Notes: a model not told the origin generated them from the letters alone. 64,000 nt of DNA from Eledone cirrhosa (GCA_964016885.1 OZ024742.1:67580001-67644000), one strand, 5' to 3'. Shown: positions 1-13,293, numbered from the stretch's first letter. A program made the numbers and translations.

Positions 1-85
1 AACTATCTGAAATCATATGAACCAGGGCGAAATCGAGCCAGCTGTGAGATTGTTTTACCACCACACACACCACGGTACATTCGCA
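1..85 (+). CDS. Candidate internal coding exon (5' end outside the window) of an unidentified host gene
   Basis: Open frame 1, NYLKSYEPGRNRASCEIVLPPHTPRYIR, ends in a|GTGAGT, a consensus donor at 86 (phase 1). Sequence is non-repetitive. No homolog recognised. Confidence 0.4.
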
Positions 86-304
86 GTGAGTGTGCCTTAA
101 TTTGCAAGTCATCGAGTGAAGTAACTGACTAAATGCATAAAGACACACCCCAACTGGTTTTGCCATGAGGCGGACAGTTTAGGTGTCACATCTGTTGACG
201 TATCTGTAAAACAAAAGCGGTTCTGAAAATCACGTGGGTGCACATGATCGTGCAGTTTTCAATGAAAAAATAGCATATATATTTATTTATTTATATATAT
301 ATAA

Positions 305-475
305 GATGCCAGACCTCATCCACTTGCTGAGAGGGGTGGACCGCGTCAAATAGGACCGAGAAAACAATGTTTCCATTGGTCTTTCCATTGCTGATACTAT
401 CTACTGGCAGAAGGTGCAACGTGAAATAAAGTATCTTGCTCAAGGACACAACACATCATCCAGACCGAAGGCAGC
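305..475 (-). mobile_element. Decayed SINE fragment (CORE-like)
   Basis: Minus strand reads gttgtgtccttgagcaagatactttatttcacg, resembling the CORE-type central motif of tRNA-SINEs. Confidence 0.5.
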
Positions 476-902
476 TCCACACACACACACACACACATAT
501 ATATATACATGTGTAAAACTTAAAACTAAAACTGAATACTAACCAATACTTATTACTAATTTATACTTATTCCTAATTAAACTATTTTTTACTGGGAAAA
601 ATTTGTCACCATTTTCTTTTCCTTTAACTAATATATTTATATATATACACATATACTTATATACTTGTATACGTATTAAGAACTCTATCTTTTTCAAATA
701 TGTATTGAAAATATAAATGTGCAAGGTTCATATTTTTAAAATTTCTATTATATTTCCTTATGAGTTCTTACTGTGTGGAGGAAGTAACGCAATGCTAAAC
801 CCCTGACATTATTCCGAGTGCTTTATGGTACCATCTTCTATATAAGAATGGAAATGTTATTGGCGACTACTTCTCTTGCTTTCTAGTGGTAATAAAATAA
901 AA

Positions 903-1092
903 TTGTTTCTACTTTTGGCACAAGGCCAGCAATTATCCCAGTGCATTACTGGTACTTTATTTTATCGACCCCGTAAGGATGAAAGGCAAAGTTAACCTCG
1001 GCGGGATTTGAACTCATAATGGCAAGGGCCGTAACTCTATGCGTCAAAGCATGGCGTCCGACCCTCTACCGATACTGCCAATCCACCGCCCC
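903..1092 (-). mobile_element. tRNA-derived SINE with TSD
   Basis: Minus-strand A box tggcagtatcggt, B box gagttcaaatcc, and central gcctttcatccttacggggtcgataaaataaagtaccag. Flanked by direct repeat ctagtggtaataaaata. Confidence 0.9.
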
Positions 1093-1739
1093 TAGTGGTA
1101 ATAAAATATAATGAGTGTATTTGAACTATGATGGACGTCTAATTTATAACTATTCCATGGTTCAAGCATGATGGATCTTACAATTAATTCCACGTGTCTT
1201 GTTACTGCGTGTTTTATATTTCTCTATCTGTAAAGATACCAAAATTACTCCCCTTGTTTCATGATGGAATCTACATAGCATTATAATCATGTTATTGTCA
1301 ATTCTTTTTCACTTTACGTATAATATATTGCGATGGATCATCGTTGCGAAGCATGAACAACCAATGAGAAAAGGCAGACTTGTTTATTCAATGTAATATT
1401 GATTCATGAAATTTACATGTGCATGTTTACAATATATGCCTACATTACATTGGTCATCTGATTTACCTCCAGTGGCTAACTAGTTTATGATTTCCTATCG
1501 ATGAGGATTTTTCGTTTTAACTTTTAGAATGTTTTAAATACATTCTCATTACGAGTTTCTGTTTAGAAACAACATATGTTGAGTTCCATTTTATGAATTT
1601 TTTAATGATTATTCGTCCATTCTATAACTGAAGAGCGTTTTTAGTCTGTATACTCCAGTCATCATATCAGCTTGTCTAAATTATTTCTTGTATTTTTCGT
1701 TGGTATTGTCAACTGCTGATTTGGATTATCCACAATTAA

Positions 1740-2345
1740 TGCTTTCTTTATTAACCACAAGTGTTTACACAAAGTAGACATTAAGGACAGTACAGGACAA
1801 TACAAGACGGTACAAATGGGCATTTCTGCGTGTGAAGAAACAAAAAACAGAGGTTGTAACAAAAAAGGAACAATGAATAATTCCCCAATGGGGGGGGGGG
1901 GTTCCGAGGGCCATCATGGAGAAAGCCCATTAAGAAAAGCCACGGTGACCCTGACCACCAGGGTAAGTGCCCTCTCCCAGTTTTCCACCTTTAATTTACA
2001 GGCATATAGTCAGAGTAGGTCCATTCACTCGGGCCATTCTTGCCTCTCTCACCCATCTTTCAACAAAATGCTGGGAAGAGAGCGCTTCACTCCATACCCT
2101 GATTTTCCTTTTGAAATGAAATTTGAAAAAGTTAATCAGCACATCAGCGAAGAGGTAATTGCTCGTCTTCAGCCCTTCCAGACGCGTCAACCATACTATC
2201 TCTTTCGCCATGGCCACCAGACAGATACAAACTGCCTGCCCTTCCCGGCTAAAGGAAAAGGGCGGAGCAATCCTGAATGATTGTGTTACACGTAAGTGTT
2301 CTTCATTCAAAATTTCCTTGAGGCCGAAGAGTGTAAAGCTCACCA
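1740..2345 (-). mobile_element. 3' fragment of Tx1/L1-clade LINE
   Basis: ORF 1996-2454 (APPFSFSREGQAVCICLVAMAKEIVW...FFKFHFKRK...FVERWVREARM) matches the 3' end of the LINE at 46080-46370. Confidence 0.8.
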
Positions 2346-2625
2346 CATGAGAGTTTTGCATATAGGTATTTGTACCTATTGGAGTCTCAATATCTACGTG
2401 TTTGTATGGGTGTCTGTTGGAGTAAACAGATGTGTACACCAACTTACTTCTCACACTTATAATTATATTTAAGAATTAGGTGGTATTATTTGACTTGCTG
2501 TAGCATATATATATATATACATATTTATATACACATATAAATGTATATATATATATATATAAATGCATACATATATATGTATATATGTGAATATGTATGT
2601 GTGTTTGAGCGTATGTGCTTGTTCC

Positions 2626-2681
<56 letters not shown>

Positions 2682-2683
<2 letters not shown>

Positions 2684-3123
2684 GACCTGAAAAATGCGCA
2701 AGCTCAAACGACCCACAGAATGTTATAATAAACCTTCAAAAGTGTGAGACTAGAGTTGTTGCTAAAAAATATTGTAATCATTATCTATCGTACACTCTGT
2801 GGCATCCTTATTAACAAAGAGACCGATAACGAACGCAAGACGACACGATAATTATTTAAGCTAATCTTCAATATCTCATATTAAATGTTTAGTAATGATT
2901 AATACGAAATGCACTTAAACCGAATTCTATATTATAAATTCACTTAAATAATTATCGTGTCGTCTTGAGTTCGTTATGAGTCTCTTTTTTATAAAAGTAT
3001 GCCACAGAGTGTACTATAGATAATGATTATAATAATTTTGAGCAACAACTCTAGTCCCACAGTTTTGAAGGTTTATTATAACATTCTGTGGCTCTTTTGA
3101 GCTTGCGCATTTTTCAGGTCTAG
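2682..3123. repeat. Foldback element: about 185-bp inverted arms, about 80-bp spacer, next to (TA)n
   Basis: tagacctgaaaaatgcgcaagctcaaa...gataattatttaag mirrored by cttaaataattatc...tttgagcttgcgcatttttcaggtcta. Confidence 0.9.
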
Positions 3124-3873
3124 TTTAATATTTTGTTTAAGGCAACGCTTGTAATAACTCTAGTTAAACATGGTATATATTAATAATAAATTATCGTTGT
3201 AATGTAATTAGATTATATAATTGTTATTTTATAAATGATCTTATAAATAGTATTGTAAGATGTATAAAAATATGTTCAGACTTTTAATATAAACAACTAC
3301 AAAAACAATCAATATTAAATAAATATATATTTACATAATAATTGTTATAGTTGAATTAATAAAAATTAAATATTACATACAAATAGTCTAACATAATAAT
3401 AAAAAAATAATCAAACATAATAATAATAAAACAATCTAACATAAAACGAACAATAATATGGACAAATATACAAGTAAATATGATACAACCAATATTATAA
3501 GTATGTTATAACGAACTGAAAAAAATAGTTAATATAAATTTAAAAATCATATATAAATTAACAATATAACTTACGAAACCGAGAAAAATATTTTGATGAG
3601 AAACGACGAAATACAGGAGGAAGATTCGAAAGAGAAACGATAAATAAACGTGCAAACAAAGTGGCGGATACTTTTGAGCAACAATTACTCACATTGGTTG
3701 ATTAGCCAATAAGACGATACATTACAAAAATGGATCACCACGGCCAGCGAATTTTTTATTCACAAGCTACGCATATATTTCAGACACGCATACTTAAAAC
3801 ATTCTGTTGTTAGTCACTGCGTGTCTAACAGATATATACGGAAGAAGCACATACGCACAAACACACATACATA

Positions 3874-3950
<77 letters not shown>

Positions 3951-4125
3951 GTATATTTGCCTGTCTCTGTGTCAAATATTAAAAAAGAAAGATTGAATAA
4001 CCCAATTCACTGAAATCACTGAAATAGGTACCAATGACGTGTTGTTACATCTCTAACGTCATACACACCGCACAGTTAAATAATAGATGTGTATTTCTAA
4101 TTGTAAATATATTTCCTAATTTCAG

Positions 4126-4232
4126 CGATACGGTCTCAAGGGTGCTTCGAGATATCTTTAGATGAGTGGTTGAAATCATATGAGGAAATTTTACATACAA
4201 AAGTGTCAAAGAATTATGACAATGAAAGATAA
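4126..4232 (+). CDS. Candidate terminal coding exon, phase-compatible with 1-85
   Basis: Acceptor tttcctaatttcAG ends at 4125. The phase-1 join gives ACG, then IRSQGCFEISLDEWLKSYEEILHTKVSKNYDNER, TAA at 4230-4232. Confidence 0.4.
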
Positions 4233-4702
4233 CCTGTATTTGTTTCTGAAATATACATATTATTGTGATATGCCATGACGTGGCCTAGTTGATATGATCA
4301 ATTGTGAGTCACTGTCGAAGTACCACATCCAAAATCAAATAGAGGAAGGAATGCCAAACAATATACTAATGATACAGTAACATTATTGACGAAAAAGTGG
4401 TAACTTCGTTCGTAATGATTACCGTGGATTATTAGTTAACATAGACCGTATAATGTAACTATATTTACACATTTTTATAATTGTTATACCAAAATAGAAT
4501 TAAGTCATATAAATTGAGAAAATCATTAAATTATATACTTCCTAACAAGATATTTTGCAGAGATCAATATATTGCCTTGAGTGGTGTTATAAATAGTGTT
4601 ATATAGTTAATAAATCTAAATTAATCACATTTTCCATTCCATAAGTATAAAAATAATAACATTAATAATAATGCGATTACTAAAATTTACAACCATATTT
4701 AT

Positions 4703-4741
<39 letters not shown>

Positions 4742-5079
4742 CGGTGGTAGTGGAGCTGGTGGCGTGTGTAGCTGTGGTGGTGTTGGTCATGGCAGTAGTA
4801 GTAGTAGTTTTTAAAAAAATCATAATAATGGTTTCTAATTTAAACACAAGACCAACAATAAAAACAACGAAAGCCATTTCGTTCAACGCTCTAATAATTC
4901 TAATAAGAATAGTGGTTTCTAATTTAGGTACAAAAAGATCAATTTTGAGTGAACCGTAGTCTATTATATCGACACAAGTAAATCATTGATACACCATTTT
5001 ACCGACATCCAAAATATGGTATAATCCGTGGTTGGATTTGAACTGAAAATATTCAGCGATTCTTATGATAATAATTATT

Positions 5080-5218
5080 CTCTCTACGTTTGGCGCAAGG
5101 CCAGGAATTTGAAGAAAGGATAACGTCGATTATATATATCCCAGTGCCTTACTGGTACTTTATCGACTCCGTAAGGATGAAAGGCAAAGCTAACATCGGT
5201 GAAATTTGAGCTCTGAAC
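5080..5218 (-). mobile_element. Partial tRNA-SINE copy
   Basis: actggtactttatcgactccgtaaggatgaaaggcaaag matches the family at 903-1092. Confidence 0.8.
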
Positions 5219-5299
5219 ATTAACATTAAAGCTTCCAAATTTAGTGCTTCAGATTAAAATCCCTGTGGTAAAGTAAGCACTGAGAACGAACTAGAAATT

Positions 5300-5570
5300 T
5301 TAAACACTTCGTTCACAGATATGATTCACAATCAAATAAGAATGAATGAGCTTCAGCAGTATTGGAATTTTTTCTAAGCAATTCACCATCAACAATGTAT
5401 TCCATTTATATTAACCTGTCAATATGGAAGCACATATTTCTGATCATAACAATAACTAACGTGGTTACAGAACGATCATTTAAATGGCTCAAATATATAA
5501 AGCCATATCATTATTCTAAAATGGTGGATGAGAGAATGTCTAACAATAAATGGTGCAGCTGATATTAGAT
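5300..5570 (+). pseudogene. Decayed hAT transposase C-terminal dimerization fragment
   Basis: ITNVVTERSFKWLKYIK...SKMVDERMSN resembles the hAT motif ERSFSxLKxIKxxLRSTMxxERLxxL. Confidence 0.55.
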
Positions 5571-7299
5571 TAATATCAGAGTGATCTCAGCTTTAATGAA
5601 AGCCAACAATCTAACTGATTCAATACATGAGTTGCTGATATTTCTCCTCGCATATATTTAATGATTATGTATGCGTTAGAATTCTAGATTATTTTAAAGA
5701 TTCATTGGATTCAATACTCCTTATTGCAGTTGCGATGTGGCAGCCATTCGATTTATATTATGGGATTATTATCAATTCTATGATTAAAATTAATACTTAC
5801 GTGCCCGAATATCCTCACCCTCAATGTATTTTCGCAGATTAATTATGGGAAGGATGTCATTGAATCTTTGCTGAGATTCGATGACAATAAAGGAAGTCAC
5901 GGGAAATTATTGAACATTCAGGGAAATGCCCCTTGCATATTTAATTGTATATAGCTATTTCTCTCTCTTTCTTTCCGTCACTCCCTTTCATTCTCGAAAT
6001 ACAGAAGCATTAACACACAAATATACACATATATATTGCCATGTATATTGAGTAGACTACATCTCAAATTTGAAATTTTTCCAAACCTCGTTTTCCTATA
6101 TACAATCTGTTTTCTTTTTTTTTTTCTTTTTTTTTTGCTTTTTTTGTTTCTTGCTGTTGTTGTGGTGGACTTTATTTTAGGTAATTTTAAATTCAGTCCT
6201 TCAGTTTATCTTGATTATTTTTTTATTTAGATTTTCAATTATTTGATTACAAAATATTTCTGCTCCCATATAAACTTAAATTCCTAATCAGAATCAGATA
6301 TGCATGCTTATAACTGAGGAAACATGATAAAATGAAATACAAAATATAATTTTATCAAACTTTTCTTTTATTTTATTGCCTATATGATATTTAGAATTAT
6401 ATAAGATATAATTCATATTATTATTCCATAAGTATGCAAATCAGGTAAATATTTGTTATCCACTGGTTTCAATCATAAAATATATCTTTAAAAATAACAC
6501 ATAATGAGGAATTTATCTTATTTAAATATATTTAATAAATTTAAGCATATATGAGATATTACATTTTCCTGTTTGTACTTGCGAATAAAAAAATAAATGT
6601 GAAACGAAGTAGATGGAAAATATTAAACCAGAATTTACGTAATAATGGACAGGAAGATAATACATTTTCATTCATTATGAATCCGGAATAGAAACCAGTG
6701 AAACAAAGAGAGGAGGAAGTATGTGTGGTAGAGAAAGAAGTAAACTGGAAAAGACAGAAGGGAAATACCAAAGTAACGAAACTCCTTGAAAAGAGAATAG
6801 CATGTATGTAATGCAAACGGCAATTTCCACTTGCGTTTGTAATATATCTAGGAACATGCACAAAAGAGTAACATGTTTCTTTGGCAAAAACGACCCATGG
6901 CTTGTGTCTGCTTACGAAAAGAGAGTTATAAAAATATTTGGAAATATGAAGATTTGACCAAATGGGATTGATCATGCGGAAGAGTGAAATAGTTGTGCAA
7001 GATCATGGTTGAGGCAAGGATTAAGTCACGTTAGTACTCCCGACACGGTCTCCAAGTTAGTCGGTGCAATACATAGATTACAGATACTGTAATGGCATTG
7101 ACATTTGAAACTTCATCATATTTGCGAAAAAGAACGTGCATGATTTGAGCTTCGAGAAGAACAATTATATAAGGTTGGGTGTGGTCTCTGGATATGTAAC
7201 AGAATCGGGATGCCCTCCTATGACCATGAACCCAGCCCGAGCGATTACTTTTTATTTTTCACTATACATATATATATATATATATATAAATATATATAT

Positions 7300-7915
7300 A
7301 TGTAATCTGAGGTTTTCGAATATTAATAATAACTTTCGATTCGTTTGCAATTATGCAAACAAGCCTCAATGTTATAGCCATGTCAGTAGAATGAACCCTT
7401 CATTCTTGCTTTTGTGTTGGCATGTGAACAGAACCGCAGACACTAATGTTTCTGGGAATCACTCTTCATCAGTACCGGCCATTGTTCACCTGCCAAACAG
7501 TCAGAGCTAGAGAAATTATATGCTATTTTCAAAAATCCACAGTGACTGATCGGCTTGATTTGCATACAAACAAATTTCTATTTCTATACATATATATATT
7601 TCTATACATATATATATTTCTATACATATTAAAAAGACAATTTCGCTCTACATAGCTGAATGCAATAAATGTAATCTGATGTTTTCGAATATTAATAATA
7701 ACATTCGATTCGTTTACAATTATGCAAACAAGCCTCAATATTATAGCCATGACAGTAGAATGAACACTTCATTATTGCTCTTGTGTTGGCATGCGAACTG
7801 TTCGCAAAAGCAAGAATGAAGTGTTCATTCTAATGAAATGGCTATAAAATTGAGGCTTGTTTGCATAATTGCAAACGAGTCGAATGATATTATTAATATT
7901 CGAAAAACTGAATTA
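7300..7915 (-). mobile_element. Non-coding HHR element: 369-nt period direct repeat plus inverted partial copy, within (TA)n
   Basis: 7301-7430 recurs at 7670-7800; 7805-7915 is its reverse complement. Confidence 0.75.
7424..7489 (-). ncRNA. Type I hammerhead ribozyme motif
   Basis: gtgaacaatggccggta CTGATGA agagtgattccca GAAACA ttag TGTC tgcggttctgttcac. Long imperfect stem I, GUC site, weak stem II. Confidence 0.6.
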
Positions 7916-7935
7916 CATATATATTATATATATAA

Positions 7936-8104
<169 letters not shown>

Positions 8105-8138
8105 CAAACATATATACATAGATATATAATAATAATAA

Positions 8139-9176
8139 TCTATATATATAAAGCTGTGGTTGTCTGTCTGTCTATCGATTTTCGGCACACATCTCCTCTT
8201 AGAATCTCTCACGGAATTGCACCGAAATTGCTATACTTGTACATTGAGCCCTAGCGAAGACATCGGAAACAAATATTTCAAATTGACCCACCCTATGTGA
8301 CGAAATCGAATCTAATGTATCGATTTTTGAGCGTAAGTGACGAGTTATTTCCCTTTGTTCTGTTTACATTGAGCGTCTTACGTAAACAATTACGCTGGCT
8401 TTCTCAGCGTTTAAAATGACATTAACACAATACACGAACAGTTGTCGAGCCAGCAAAATATTGACCTGCAAAATTCACCAGTTCGAACACTAAGCTTCCG
8501 TTTTGCTTCATTTCCATTTAAAAGCCTTTTAAAACAATATTTTTACTTGAAAACAAGTCTATTTAAAGACTACGTAAAACAAGCAAATGTTTCGTAAAAA
8601 AAAGCAAAAATTATATAAGTTTATTTAGAATATATGTATCTGTAAATTTTGTTAGGCGTGCAGACAGACAGTCGAGCAGACAGACAGTCGTGCAGAGAGG
8701 TGATATAGGCGTGCAGACAGACAGTCGTGCAGAGAGGTGATATAGGCGTGCAGACAGACAGTCGTGCAGAGAGGTGATATAGGCGTGCAGACAGACAGTC
8801 GTGCAGAGAGGTGATATAGGCGTGCAGACAGACAGTCGTGCAGAGAGGTGATATAGGCGTGCAGACAGACATAACTGATAATTTGGTTACGCTAATGTTT
8901 TTCTCTGCGTTGCAGTGTTTACATTTTCGATCTTTGTTAATAAATAACCAGTGCAGTTTTTATCCCCAGCATCCTCTTTTGTTATAACATTCGGGTTATC
9001 GTTATGTTTTCTTAACTTCATAAGGCATATTGTTGGTTGAGGGAATATTAATCAAAAACACCACATGCAAGTCTGCACAGTAGACACTACAGTTTTTAAG
9101 CCAAAAAAGAAACTTAACATTGTAACTTTAACACAGCTACTGAGCGACCCCGAGCAACGCCGGGCTTTACTGCTAG
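8139..9176 (+). mobile_element. Non-autonomous Helitron
   Basis: 5' a|TCTATATATATAAAG, 3' hairpin cccgagcaacgccggg, then CTAG|t. Inserted in an AT dinucleotide. Confidence 0.85.
8654..8871. repeat. 37-bp minisatellite inside the Helitron
   Basis: ggcgtgcagacagacagtcgtgcagagaggtgatata at 8708, 8745, 8782, 8819, plus partial copies. Confidence 0.95.
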
Positions 9177-9352
9177 TACTATATAAAGTTATGTATATAG
9201 TATAAACAACTATAAACAGGAAGGTCAGTACTTTCTTAATTACCTTATTACCAGTAAGAGAAATAACTCAATGTATGAACATCAGTTGTTTTACAGAGCA
9301 GTTAAATAAATAAATTATACAATTATCAAAGTTGTGTTCAAATCATTTAATA

Positions 9353-9397
9353 GCTGACAATCGTTTCTTCCAAATGCTGGTTTGGTGTCAGCGGAGC
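9353..9397 (-). ncRNA. Hammerhead motif, family A (core CCGCUGA, probably decayed)
   Basis: gct CCGCTGA c accaaaccagcatttgga a GAAAC gatt GTC agc. Confidence 0.6.
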
Positions 9398-11330
9398 ATT
9401 ATCAATGTTTGCACATATAATTACCCTCCTATTCAACTGAATAATAATATAGATACATATAAATTGATGTTATGAGCAACAATTTCGTATTTACAGGGTG
9501 GAATGGATGTGACATATATTTTACGAGAGTTGTACAATAATTGTACAAACATTCAAGTTCAAATTCAATTCAAAATTTAACTCAAAATCAAAATCAAAAG
9601 CACGGAGTGGAATACATGCAACAGTTAAAACAAGTGAATAGTTCAAATATTAAAGAGGCATTGAGGAAGCAGTTTTGAGAAAGGAAGAGTGCGATAACGA
9701 ATCATATGCAGGCGTGTGGATAGTGTGACTGCGTAAGTCATATACATGAGAAGGAGACTAGCAAAGCTATTATGCATATATAGATGAATAAATACTGCAG
9801 TTGAAGCAAACATGTTAATGTATTAGAGTCTATGGTGGGTGTTGAATGTTGAAGGTGTTCGAATTAATGTGTGTTGAGAAACATACAGTTTTTGCAGACT
9901 TTTCCATGACATATGTTGAATTAAATTTGAGTTAATGTTTATATTGAGTGTTTTAAGTTAGTTAGAGCAATGGATTGTAAATTAGTCTTAATGAATTCTT
10001 ATTCATAGACTATATTTGATCAACCGTTAAATTTTCAATCGTTAATTTCCGGATGTAAATAAGGGGAGCTAATGCATAAGGGAGGTAACTAGCTAATTAA
10101 GGTCAATTCAGTTATTAACATTCTTTGTTCTAACACACAATATAATGTGATAACATTGGATCTCTGTTACATAACCCTGTATATTTATGCCTGATTTTAA
10201 ATACAGTGTATTCTACTATCATACATTAAAGGTTTCTTTCGATTGTTATCTATTCATTACTGGACAAGGTATATGTTATGAAGGATTATACAGCTGTTAC
10301 TATGTCATAATAGATATGCCATATGTGCAATGATATAATCCCTAATATAGAATGTTGTTACATGCTATATTTAATTATAAGTGTATATATACTTTATTAT
10401 TATTATGTTGTGTAATTTAAGCATTTAATTATACAATTACAAATGTACACATAGCTTATCATCACACATTACATTAAATGTCTCCACATACCAAGTGCCA
10501 AATATCCATTACTGTATAATATATAATTAATCTATTGTAGTTATATCACAAGGTGGTAACTCTATGTATAATTCTAACTGTTATTGCAGGGCATAAGGTT
10601 ATAGATGTATTGTAGTTGTGTTGCGGAAAGAGTTGGTCGAGGGGTTTGTGGTTGTGGGTGCTGCTAAGTCCTAGATGTGTAGTGTTAATGGTGGTGGGGA
10701 ATTCAAATCTGACATTATTGTATACCAACAGCTAGGTTTAAAGTTATGGAACGAGTGTCGGTGCTGGTGTTGGCACGAGGAAAATGTCTCTGACTTTCTA
10801 TTCAGGAGGTCTAGTTTCGAAAAGATTATAGTATGGGTCTCCTGAAGGCAGAGATTACACAAAGTATTCGGTGGTTTGTACGATGATGCTCTACCTACTA
10901 CTTCCCATTGCAGTGTAAATGGTCTATTCCTAGTTTTCAGAGAGTGTGTGTAGCCAGATAAAAAAGTGGGGCTGGCCAGATTGTGTTTCTTGAAAGAGTG
11001 GAGGTGCGATATGATTCGTTATCGCACTCTTCCTTTCTCAAAACTGCTTCCTTCTATGCCTCTTTAATATTTGGACTATCCCCTTGTTTTAACTGTTGCA
11101 TGTATTCCACTCCGTGCTTTTGATTTTGATTTTGATTTTGCTTTTTATTTTAATTTTGATTTGAATTTGAACTTGAATGTTTGTACAATTATTGTACAAC
11201 TCTCGTAAAATATATGTCACATCCATTCCACCCTGTAAATACGAAACTGTTGCTCACAACATCATTTTATATGTATCTATATTATTGTTCAGTTGAATAG
11301 GAGGGTAATTATATTTGCAAACATTGATAA

Positions 11331-11377
11331 TGCTCCGATGATACCAAACGAGCGTTTGGAAGAAACGGTTGTCTGCT
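11331..11377 (+). ncRNA. Hammerhead motif, family A
   Basis: tgct CCGATGA ta ccaaacg ag cgtttgg aa GAAAC ggtt GTC tgc. Confidence 0.7.
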
Positions 11378-11423
11378 ATTAAATGATTTGAACACAATTT
11401 TGATAATTGTATAATATAATTTT

Positions 11424-11492
<69 letters not shown>

Positions 11493-11567
11493 AACATACA
11501 TAGATATATATATATATATATACACACAATATATATATATACATATACATATATATATATATACAGA

Positions 11568-11694
11568 ATTTGTAATATAATGAAACGAAATTTCATTTCT
11601 CACTCTTAGTACGGCACTTACTAAGACAAAGCGGGCGTTATAATAAACGTCCGCTAAACTGATACGTACATATATATATGTGTACCTGTATGTA

Positions 11695-11746
<52 letters not shown>

Positions 11747-12178
11747 TGCTACTGTACGTCTGTATACATATATGTATGTACGTATACATACATACTTACA
11801 TTTAAGTAAGTGCCGTACTAAGAGTGAGAAATGAAATTTCGTTTCATTATATTACAACTTATCGTACGCCTGGCCGACTGAACTCACTCGATATGCAAAT
11901 TAGGCTGCTCAGCCGTTAATTTTCATAAGGAAAGTATATACTTTCGAACGTTCAACCATCTGGCAGAAGGGTATACGGTGCTGATGATAGCTAAGAAGCT
12001 TGTAACTAGTACATCGTTCCTGTGTCAGTGTTGAACAAAAAGGTGACGTCGTTGCCTTAACACCGTACAGCATAAATCAGGCTGTCCGCTTGTTTACAAA
12101 CGGACAAAGCGGGCGTTATAATAAACGTCCGCTAAACTGATACGTACATATATATATGTGTACCTGTATGTATATATG

Positions 12179-12218
<40 letters not shown>

Positions 12219-12272
12219 TGCTACTGTACGTCTGTATACATATATGTATGTACGTATACATACATACTTACA
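11568..12272 (+). mobile_element. Dispersed monomer of the 425-bp HHR repeat family plus inverted partial copy
   Basis: 11790-12272 is homologous to 32975-33415; 11568-11790 is an inverted, internally deleted copy. Confidence 0.85.
11976..12016 (+). ncRNA. Hammerhead motif, family C (GAAA mutated to GUAA)
   Basis: cggtg CTGATGA t agct aaga agct t GTAAC ta GTA catcg. Confidence 0.7.
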
Positions 12273-12397
12273 TATATATATATAAATATACATATACATA
12301 TAAATATATATATATATACACATATATACATAGATATATTTATACACACACACACATATATATATCTCTATATATATTTATACATATAATATATTAA

Positions 12398-13182
12398 TTA
12401 GTTAAGCTAAACAAGACCACAAGGAAGACATTATTAAAAGATTGTCAACATATTTTAGTTTGATGTAAGGAATGTAGAGAATAATAATAATAATAATATT
12501 AATAATAATAATGTCCGTTTACAATTAGTTTCGCTACTACATATAATATTTCTGGATGAGATGATAATACATCATAGTTGATCTGGTTCATTTGAAAATA
12601 ATTAACATATTTAAAAGACAGAGCGGCTCATCGGAACTTCAAAGGAATATAAATTAAAATAATGAGAGAATGTTACATATATGTAACATTATATTATGTA
12701 ACATTCTCTCATTATTTTAATTTATATTCCTTTGAAGTTCCGATGAGTCGCTCTGTCTTTTAAATATGTTAATTATTTTCAACTGAACCAGATGAACTAT
12801 GATATATAGTCATCTGATCCAGAAATAATATAAGGAGTAGCAAAACAAGTGTAAACGGACATTATTATTATTAATATTATTATTATTATTATTATTAATC
12901 TCTACATTCTTACATCAAATTAAATATGTTGACAATCTTTTAATAATGTCTTCCTTGTGAAATTTATGGTCTTGTTTTGCTTAACTAATGAATATTTCCA
13001 GCTCTGCGCACCTAACTTCTGCATGAACCCAGCCACCTAGCTGCTTTCTACTGCATATTGCACATTGAGCACATGCCTTTACGCTTTGGCTTCTAACTAA
13101 CTCACCAATCTCTCCTCTAATATCTCCTCTCCTATCTCCAACTCTCTCTTAAAGATTGGTTACTCGTGAACTGTGTATACAC

Positions 13183-13185
<3 letters not shown>
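12398..13185. mobile_element. Coding-free foldback of the pseudo-LTR of the Penelope at 27466-30625
   Basis: About 290-bp arms centred near 12690; 12700-13180 matches 30175-30625. Family B HHR motifs at 12517-12637 (-) and 12737-12856 (+, GAAA changed to AAAA). Confidence 0.9.
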
Positions 13186-13274
<89 letters not shown>

Positions 13275-13293
13275 TATATATATATACATATAC

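Larger units (their letters stand above)
9180..11425 (-). mobile_element. 5'-truncated Penelope-like element with inverted pseudo-LTR
   Basis: Minus 10730-11005 encodes a GIY-YIG C-terminus (HSFKK...LQWEVVGRASSYKPPNTLCNLCLQE...LLNRKSE...SCQH). 9315-9715 is inverted at 11010-11415. Confidence 0.85.

Noticed and set aside
3585-3620. ttgatgagaaacgacgaaatac hammerhead-like string
   Set aside because: No stem II or stem I pairing.
8654-8871. 37-bp repeats resembling a CRISPR array
   Set aside because: No unique spacers; it is a minisatellite within a Helitron in eukaryotic DNA.
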